Source of the DNA: a virus
DNA length: 64,000 nt
Reading direction: 5' to 3' (one strand)
IMG/VR virus record: IMGVR_UViG_3300010396_000007
Coordinates: 34,678 to 98,677 of that record
The translations under genes and the position numbers were made by a program. The notes beneath the pieces were generated by a model. The model did not search any database, was not told where the DNA came from, and saw nothing but the letters and a program-made list of their open reading frames with translations. Shown here one piece after another: positions 56,787 through 64,000 of this stretch. Positions within the stretch are counted from its first letter, which is position 1. Each line of letters begins with the position of its first letter.

Positions 56787-56861
56787 CTTGCACGGGGTAA
56801 CGATCATACTGTATATTCGTATACAGTAATAAATTTCGATTTGAGAGGACGGGTTAAACCC

Positions 56862-57907
56862 ATGGAAATAACGGAATTAAGCAGTATGGCAGCATCGTAG
56901 AAAAGACAGTTTTGCTCCGTGTATCATTCCGTACCATCGGCAATTCTCGCAAAGTGAATACACGGAGCTTACTAAAGCTCTCCCCTGCCGCTAATGGGGC
57001 ATTACTGAAAATTCAGAAAACCCTTTTTGAATCAAAAGAATTACAGGCAATTACCAAAGCAGATAACGAATTGCGCGCAACCCTGCATAATATGTGCGTC
57101 CCCTATGATATGGGGTTAGATTTACTTCCCCGTCAAAGCGTAGACAATGCGCGCGCGATTATGATTGAATACCGGGGAACCCGTAAGGAGCTTGTCAACG
57201 TATTTGTGGCAGCATACCCCGAATTGCAAAAAGCTACAGAGGATAGGTGCATTATCCTTGCCTCAGAGCTTGGAATTCCCGTGGAATACCTTTATAACCC
57301 TGCCGATTATCCCCCGGTTGAGTATGTTGCAGGCAAATTCGGGTTTGATTGGGATTTCCTTGAATTGACGGTCCCTGATGAGCTTAAGATGAGCGGAAAA
57401 TTCCAAGAGGCATCTGAGGAATTAGCGTCTAAGATTTCGAACGTTACCGAGGAAATCACGCTGGTAATGCGTCAAAGCTTGCTAGAGCTTGTAACGCACC
57501 TTAAGCAAGCATTGGAACCCTCTACCGATGGCAAGCAAAAAAGGTTGCACGCCACTACGGTCACTAACTTGCAAGATTTTCTCGCAACCCTCCCAAGCAG
57601 AAACATTACCGGGGATACAGAGCTTGAAAAGCTTGCAGGGGAGGTTAGCAAGCTCATTACCCCCGGAGTCAATACGGATATCCTCAAAAAGGATGAAGCT
57701 TTCAAAGCTAGCGTTATTGAGTCCATGGGCAATGTAGCAGGGGAACTAACTAAACTGGTAGAGATAGTACCGGGAAGAAAATTTAGGGGGGCAGGGGCGA
57801 AACCCATTACCCCCGTCTCTACCCCGGTAGAGTCTACCCCAGAGATACCCCTGCAAGATTTGCTTATCCCGTCCGATGAAACCCTTGCGCAAGTAATGCA
57901 GGGGTAA
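56862..57907 (+). CDS. DUF3150-like protein; 5' end appears frameshifted
   Basis: LLP, F...YP, YNPADYP...KF.F motifs; RBS-linked ATG 56862 is out of frame with the long ORF (TTG 56912). Confidence 0.6.
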
Positions 57908-57928
57908 ATTCTCTCAATTGCAGTACCT

Positions 57929-57960
57929 AACCCCCGGATAATACCGGGGGTTGTTTTTTG
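57929..57960 (+). terminator. Rho-independent terminator
   Basis: aacccccgg-ataata-ccgggggtt-gttttttg. Confidence 0.75.
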
Positions 57961-58268
57961 TGCTAACAATGCCCCTAGAAACGCGCGCTGTAAAAAAGTG
58001 ATACCTAGGTATCACCCATGCCCTATCGACGCAAATAAACCGTTTTATCTTGCGAAGAATTCACGCTATTTGGAATAGGTTTTATGCAATGGGCAGGGTT
58101 GAATCTAGTAAAGCGATTCAGTAAAGACTTTACTAAATACTTTACTAAAACGATTTTCTAATTCTAATCGGATTCCGGGGTTTGCTAGGGTAATTCCTTA
58201 TACAGTAATGTCACATGGAACATGCTGGTACTAGTGTGGTACTCATGGTACTACCCAGAAAGTTGTAT

Positions 58269-58297
58269 TTGCATTCTGTAAAAGCTCATGGTACTCT
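58269..58297 (+). promoter_or_regulatory. Early sigma70-like promoter (TTGCAT-17-TACTCT)
   Basis: Related promoters near 53072, 54057, 58649, 59480, 61085 and 63481, several with TGG before the -10. Confidence 0.65.
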
Positions 58298-58695
58298 GAT
58301 TATGCAAGTGAGGACAGCATGAGCAAAACGGAAAAGCTAATCGTATTGGATACGCTAGCGAGCACACTAGGGTTGCTCAATAGCCTAAATATGGAAGATT
58401 TAACCCCGTTGCAGCAAGTAATGCTGCCGATTGTTCGTCTCGACTTGGAAACTTCGCACAAGATTGTATTGGAAGAGGTAATAACATGACTCCTAAAAAG
58501 TTTAGCGCAGTAACGCAAGTTAAAATGATTAGCAGGCAAGTTATCGGGGTTGTCCCTGCTACAACCTTTGTACCTAACAAGAAGCGCAAGCCTCTCAAAC
58601 ATGTGAAACGCGAGCGCGATTCATGGCAGTACTAACTCGAAAGTTGTATTGAGTACCGGGGAACATTCTGGTACTCTGATCGAAAGTGAGGACAC

Positions 58696-58899
58696 ATGGA
58701 AGCTACAATGATTGCCCGTAAGGTCACAAAGAACTTTACGACCTATGGCGAAGCGGTTTCTTTTCAGGATGGCGTTAATGCCGCACTGGGGTTGCTTGGA
58801 AGTGACGCGACAGTGACGTTAGGTAATATTCTTCCATTGGAAGTATCAGGTTACACCACAACTATTACCGCAGAGCAGGATTTCCGGGAGGACTTGTGA
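58696..58899 (+). CDS. Hypothetical early protein
   Basis: GAGGACAC-ATG. Confidence 0.55.
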   Translation: MEATMIARKVTKNFTTYGEAVSFQDGVNAALGLLGSDATVTLGNILPLEVSGYTTTITAEQDFREDL

Positions 58900-59081
58900 C
58901 ATACGAATTAGCACGAGTGAGGGCGCAGGTACTAGCGAATAGGTTACAGCGTAAGGTTTCCGTGTATCGCTCCGACTATGGTACAAACCCTTATCATGCA
59001 TCGCACATTATCCCAGTATGGGGCAAGCCTACCGGGGACCATTTTACCCCGGAGCCTCAGAAAGGCATGGATGGACTGTGA
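58896..59081 (+). CDS. Hypothetical early protein
   Basis: GGAGG, coupled GTGA start. Confidence 0.5.
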   Translation: MTYELARVRAQVLANRLQRKVSVYRSDYGTNPYHASHIIPVWGKPTGDHFTPEPQKGMDGL

Positions 59082-59217
59082 AAGCTCAAACTGTCAAAAC
59101 AGAAATCATGGGTATTCCTGTGGTACTTAAGGTACTGGGAAATACGACCAAACTGGTACGAGTGGAGGGTAAAAAACCTTATGCCCGATGATGAAGATTT
59201 CACGAGAGAGGACGGCG

Positions 59218-59505
59218 ATGACCCAGACTTCAACGAAATTTGACCGTGTAACATGGTTAGCCGAAATCCTTGCTATCCTTGATGAGTCACAGGGAATTCG
59301 AGAGCGCTTGGATGAACTTAATAAGCGCGTGCAACGTTGTTCTCCGGTATTATCTTTAGGTCCTTCTATTAGGAATCTTCTGTTAGTAGAAAAGATTCTG
59401 GGGGATGCAGTGGATAATGATTTAGCAGAAACGGCCAAAAATCTTTCAAAGATTTCCACAGAAAAAAGCAAAAAAGTAGTTGACAATCAACCAGAAGATT
59501 GGTAA
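59218..59505 (+). CDS. Hypothetical early protein
   Basis: GAGAGGACGGCG-ATG. Confidence 0.55.
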   Translation: MTQTSTKFDRVTWLAEILAILDESQGIRERLDELNKRVQRCSPVLSLGPSIRNLLLVEKILGDAVDNDLAETAKNLSKISTEKSKKVVDNQPEDW

Positions 59506-59796
59506 AGTTAGGACATCAAAGGAGAGGAAACCTAGAGCATCCCGGAGATAGGGACCGAACCTAATAACTATGCACTGTAGCCAAGCAATCGACAGCTATG
59601 GAGGGGTTATGATACCGAGCAGGGAAAGCCTGCTGATGGGGACAGACGGAATTAGTCCCCTGATCTGAAAGAGAGGGAATATGGGCTGGAAAGAAACGTT
59701 GTATCGTGGCACACTCCACGTACTCTATTCGCTCGCAGGGTTGAGCTTGATATACGGGTTGCTCTTACCTGCAATCTTTACACATGGAGGGCGGTA

Positions 59797-60102
59797 ATGC
59801 CGAGTCTTACAGGACAAACATTAGTAGCATTGATAGAATCATCTGGATTTGAGCCAAGCTCTTACAGTGGGGGCGGAATGTATGGTAAGGAATGCGTATC
59901 TGTACGGGGAGTACGGGGAGATGTTACTCCATGGGATGTGGCGTGGAATCTTGCCATGACGGTGCAGGATGAGCACGAGGGCAGCATTTATATACCAGAG
60001 CCGCGCATTGACTCTCTTGGACTGGGAGTAATTATATACTGGCCTAGTGTCGAATGGCCTAAAGAAACCGGGAACGATAATGCGGAGGGTGGCAATGGCT
60101 AA
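59797..60102 (+). CDS. Hypothetical early protein
   Basis: SYSG.GMYGKEC...DSLGLG.I.YWP phage-type motif. Confidence 0.65.
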   Translation: MPSLTGQTLVALIESSGFEPSSYSGGGMYGKECVSVRGVRGDVTPWDVAWNLAMTVQDEHEGSIYIPEPRIDSLGLGVIIYWPSVEWPKETGNDNAEGGNG

Positions 60103-60387
60103 CGTGTACGCAGTACTCAGAACCCGTTTGCAGGATGTGAACCGTCCTATCGTGTGCTCGCTAGATGATGAAGAGGACGAACCCAGAGAGGCTAACCCGG
60201 AGCATGATTGGGTTGCATTGGAACTTTTTGTAGGATTCATTATCGTTCTAACCATGCTCTGTAACGTGTAACACTAAAAGGGGATTGTCCCGAGAGGGTA
60301 ATGAGACTAGGATGCTTCCTAGACAGTCCCCGACAAAAACAAACTCTGGTACTAGCGATCTGTAAAAATCTTTCTAGGAGAATGACC

Positions 60388-60585
60388 ATGGATAAGACAG
60401 CATTGGAAACGACAGAGAGCATCTTGGGGCATATCGTGGCGAGTGGCAAAGGTGAGGACAGTGACCCACGCGGGGATTACTCTAAGGCATACAGCGAGGC
60501 TTTTACCCTTGTCGCAGCCGCGCAGAGTGTGGTGAGGGCAGAGCAAAACCTGCAACACATTGTCAGCGCATACAAGGCGCTGTAA
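60388..60585 (+). CDS. Hypothetical early protein
   Basis: AGGAG RBS, MDKTALETT... Confidence 0.5.
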   Translation: MDKTALETTESILGHIVASGKGEDSDPRGDYSKAYSEAFTLVAAAQSVVRAEQNLQHIVSAYKAL

Positions 60586-60613
60586 AACCTAGGGGCGCAA
60601 TGCCCCTGATCTT

Positions 60614-60856
60614 ATGCTAACCTGCATTCATTGTGAGCAAGCGATACGTCCACCGGAGCCGAACACGGATGAGACTTACTATCGCCACATCGAAACAAAT
60701 CAAATAGGCTGCTATGAGTGGGGACAGGAGCCATATGCAGAACCGAGTGAGGGAGCTTTCACGGATTATGTTGCAGAGCTTCCTATTAGTAAGACTAAGG
60801 ACGTAAAGGTTGCAGTAAAAGTTATTACCCCAAGCAAAGGACGGAAATTCAGATGA
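60614..60856 (+). CDS. Small Cys/His protein with C-terminal GRKFR
   Basis: CIHC...H...C...AEP; ends PSKGRKFR*. Confidence 0.6.
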   Translation: MLTCIHCEQAIRPPEPNTDETYYRHIETNQIGCYEWGQEPYAEPSEGAFTDYVAELPISKTKDVKVAVKVITPSKGRKFR

Positions 60857-61136
60857 GCAGTGAAGTAATCCAAGCATTCTTGGACAGCGATTACAGCGAT
60901 GCTATTGATATTGTGGAGCATCTTGACAACGACCAGCGTTTAGCCCTATCGCTTGCTCTGGAAAGATTTAGCGAAGCGCTAGACGAAACCAGACGCGAGA
61001 GAGGGGTTGCGTGAGAATACTTTACGAGTTTCGCATCGGCAGTGATAAGGTAATTGTTTTTAAACCGAGCAAGTAACTTTTCACTTGACACTCAACAAAT
61101 CCATGTGGTACTAATAGTAATGAATGGAGGATACAA

Positions 61137-61418
61137 GTGTTTGTAGGAATTGATTTTCCAAGTTTGTTTGACAAGGATAACTTTACACTGCGTCGTACTA
61201 CCGGGCATAACATGCACGACCCGGAAAGCTTTATCACAGGTAAGGAACTTGCGCAGGGTTATACCTATACAAATTCCCGCAGGAATTGGGCAAATGAGAA
61301 ACATTATCTTGCGGCAGTTGTCGGATTCCTTACCCTTGAGGAGATAGCAAAGACCGCTCCGCGCATCTCCTATATGCCTGAATGGATTTCAACGGCAGTA
61401 CCGGAGAGTGCGCTGTGA
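61137..61418 (+). CDS. Hypothetical early protein
   Basis: GGAGG-GTG behind a TTGACA promoter. Confidence 0.5.
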   Translation: MFVGIDFPSLFDKDNFTLRRTTGHNMHDPESFITGKELAQGYTYTNSRRNWANEKHYLAAVVGFLTLEEIAKTAPRISYMPEWISTAVPESAL

Positions 61419-61597
61419 CCGTCGAAACGTTAGTACATGGTCCCAAAGAGTTTGCAGTAACCTTGCAGTATAAGGAACTTGCGCAACCTATCACCGAAAC
61501 CTTTTATACGGAGGATTGAGTTAGAAGCATTCCTCAAAGGCATCGAAATTGCTTCGCATTATATGGGAGCACCAACCCTAATACACAAGGTATTTCC

Positions 61598-61849
61598 ATG
61601 ATTCGAATTATCACCGAGGACAAAAACCGGGAAGGAATATATCGTATCCTTAGTAACCATGCGGCAGATAGCTTTACAGTAATCCCTGCCGTGGGGTTTT
61701 GGAAAGGCGAAAAAGAGAATGCGCTTGTTATCGAGATAGTAGGCGCATCTCTTGAGACTGGTACTGCCATCGCGCAATCCATCAAAGGATGGAACCAACA
61801 GGAAACTGTACTGGTACAGTATATACCAGTAGAATCGAGATTCGTGTGA
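61598..61849 (+). CDS. Hypothetical small alpha/beta protein
   Basis: FTV....GFWKG..E...VIEI...NQ.TVL. Confidence 0.55.
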   Translation: MIRIITEDKNREGIYRILSNHAADSFTVIPAVGFWKGEKENALVIEIVGASLETGTAIAQSIKGWNQQETVLVQYIPVESRFV

Positions 61850-62262
61850 AAGTGTATCAAGTACGCATTGGCGGCAGTGGGTCAATCCAAGAGCAGATTT
61901 ACCGTCTCATTGCCGAGAGTCTGGACGCAGCCGAGCAGTCAGCAGTATTCGGCCACGATGTAGCTATTCACGGACCTATCAGCTATATTGCAGTTAGTGT
62001 AGCCTAGAGGTAGAGAATGGAAAAACCTTGTAATTGTGGCGTATCAACGAATATTGCCGACGAGATTTCATGTGGTACTGGGGAACTGGACTTTAATGGA
62101 TTCTGGGAATTCCCGTGTACTCATGGTCTAGAGGAATATTTCGAAGCTAAGTTGAAAGAAGACAAAGAAAATAAAACGGGGCAGTAATGCCCTGATCTGC
62201 CGAGCAAGGCGCTTCCCTATGGGTTGCGCGAGACTACAACCAGCAACCCATAGAGAGGAGCA

Positions 62263-62463
62263 GTGATGACCGTTAAGCGTCCAAAGATTCATTGGAAGAA
62301 GTACCTTACCCGCAAGATGTTTATTCTTGCAGTGTTCGCGGTGGCGGGTTATACCATCGAACACTTTTTCCACATTTGGTTTCTTGGCAAGGGTGCGGAG
62401 TTTGCAGTTGCTACCATTGTCGAGCACACCATTTTCGATATCCCAATGGAAGGTGTAAGCTAA
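62263..62463 (+). CDS. Small membrane protein
   Basis: GAGGAG RBS, hydrophobic segment. Confidence 0.5.
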   Translation: MMTVKRPKIHWKKYLTRKMFILAVFAVAGYTIEHFFHIWFLGKGAEFAVATIVEHTIFDIPMEGVS

Positions 62464-62735
62464 TGCACATCGACCATCTGGAATTCGCGGAGCCTACAGA
62501 TATGTGCGAAATCCATGCGGGGACGTTCTACTGGACTTCCCCGCAAGGACAAGACACTGTGACGCAGAGTTTTACGTTAAGACGTTAAGACTTGCGCCGA
62601 TGATACGAACAAATCCAAGCGCGTTGATGACTTGAATGAGCAGATGACGGATGAGTGGTCTAACCTCATCTGTGAGGGTAACACTAACATTCGGTACGTT
62701 GAAATCGTACCTAACCCTATCTTCTAGGAGGACTC

Positions 62736-63206
62736 GTGGAAAAGTATTTTTACCATGGAACCATCGACAAGTTTGTCCCGGAAATTCTGTCCGAGGGATT
62801 GCAGCCAAAGAAGCAAAACGGATGGAATGCTTACATGGAAACGTTTTTCGGCAGCAAGATTAACCCTGCAAAAGATGATGTACCGGGGTTCGTGTATATG
62901 ACTTCTGACGAAGCGTGGGCTAACCGTTACGCTGAAGGGAAAGCAGCATACTTTCGTGCTAAACCGGGAACCCGTTTTACCATTGGGAGCCTTGAAATGC
63001 AAAAAGCATTAGATGCCCCGGTTATACCTGATGCAGTTGGTACTATCCTACGCATCAAAGCCGAGCCACAGATTTACTTTAATTTGGTGCGAGATGAGCG
63101 TGATTCTATGGGCCGCAAACTACACGGACACGTACCCCCGGAGCTAATCGAAGTGGACAAAAACCCGACTAAGCAGTTAGAGGGACTTGCAGCAGAGCTT
63201 TCCTAG
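62736..63206 (+). CDS. Tpt1/KptA-like (ADP-ribosyltransferase fold) protein
   Basis: FYHGT...ILSEGL.P...VYMTSD...A..YA...ILRI...VPPELI. Confidence 0.6.
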   Translation: MEKYFYHGTIDKFVPEILSEGLQPKKQNGWNAYMETFFGSKINPAKDDVPGFVYMTSDEAWANRYAEGKAAYFRAKPGTRFTIGSLEMQKALDAPVIPDAVGTILRIKAEPQIYFNLVRDERDSMGRKLHGHVPPELIEVDKNPTKQLEGLAAELS

Positions 63207-63542
63207 CACTACAGACTATAGCGCCCGACACAGGGTAGCAGTCTGATCTGAAAGGAATTAAGAATGAACAACGTGAGGGTAAACACAAATCAAGGCAATG
63301 TAGAGTTGAAATGGGACAATAACGGCAGAGGTATTATTGATTCCGACGCTATCACAGCGTTCGAATGGGGGCATTGCCATAGCTTCGCCTAGAAGACACT
63401 GATATAGCAGCGGCTAAAGAATTTGCCGAGCAGTGTATATGCGCTGGAAAAGAAAAAATCGTCGCAGTGCTAGAAAGTGCTTGACAAAACGTAGCACATT
63501 TGGTACTATAGAAAGCGTACAAGATACGCAGAAGGAAAGAGA

Positions 63543-63875
63543 ATGAAGCAAACCAGCAAAGCTTTTACAGATACGGATTTTGTAGTCAGGCCGCAGGACC
63601 CGCCCGCGTTCGAAGAGGATATTGACGCCGCAGAGGATACAGGTGGGTTCAAGATTGAGCAGGTAGAGATTCCCAAACGTAGTAACGTTAAGAAGACTCT
63701 AGCCTATCCGATTGGTACTCTCAAAGCAGGCAGCAAAGATTCGTTCTTTGTTCCTACAACCCCGGAAACTGCAAAGGCGATTACTTCGAGTATTCGAACC
63801 TTTGCTTATCGAAATGGATTTAAAGCAATCATACGCCAAGAGAAACTTGGTGTAAGAGTTTGGAGAAAGGAATAA
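63543..63875 (+). CDS. Putative small DNA-binding phage protein
   Basis: IP...YP...L..G..DSFFVP...GVRVWR motif. Confidence 0.6.
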   Translation: MKQTSKAFTDTDFVVRPQDPPAFEEDIDAAEDTGGFKIEQVEIPKRSNVKKTLAYPIGTLKAGSKDSFFVPTTPETAKAITSSIRTFAYRNGFKAIIRQEKLGVRVWRKE

Positions 63876-63877
63876 TC

Positions 63878-64000
63878 ATGGAACTGAAAGATAAAAATGG
63901 TGCAGTAGTTTTTGCATCGGAAGATTTTAGCTTGGTGGAAACATTAGTCAAAGCCGCTAAAAGTAAGTATAATTTTGACTTTAGTCGAATTGTATTGAAT
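63878..64000 (+). CDS. Partial ORF (runs off the right edge)
   Basis: AAGGA RBS, MELKDKNGAVVF... Confidence 0.5.
   Translation, partial: MELKDKNGAVVFASEDFSLVETLVKAAKSKYNFDFSRIVLN

Noticed and set aside
62463-62727. 8-bp tandem duplication ACGTTAAG (~62574-62589) possibly frameshifting a small gene
   Set aside because: Could not reconstruct a single convincing ORF with a start codon after removing it

Overview
A 64-kb slice of a tailed dsDNA phage genome with podovirus-like architecture; no integrase, CRISPR array or reverse transcriptase is visible. The host is unknown; an Acidobacteriota-like diderm is only a guess. From 1 to 39.9 kb on the minus strand lies the late morphogenesis block: terminase, portal, scaffold, N4-gp56-type capsid, two paralogous head-tail adaptors, nozzle, ejection proteins including an SLT transglycosylase, and fibre/beta-helix proteins. 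RNase HI and a family-A DNA polymerase are divergently transcribed at ~39.9 kb. A dense RNA-gene island occupies 44.3-47.3 kb. Small accessory/early genes behind many sigma70-like promoters fill 47-64 kb, and eight free-standing endonuclease genes are scattered throughout. Most notable observations: (1) a circularly permuted, two-piece tmRNA with a 26-codon tag frame, next to a permuted tRNA-like RNA and several tRNA-elbow-mimic ncRNAs; (2) a Ycf46-type AAA+ ATPase whose Walker B block precedes Walker A, in an AAA/DUF1257/DUF2997/DUF3150-like module; (3) a GRK[FM]R peptide at or near the C-terminus of five unrelated proteins, including that ATPase; (4) eight intergenic 'hairpin+TGATCT' elements punctuating the early region; (5) five fibre-, depolymerase-like or adjacent proteins carrying Sec-type signal peptides. 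All family assignments come from motif recognition by eye, not database searches.
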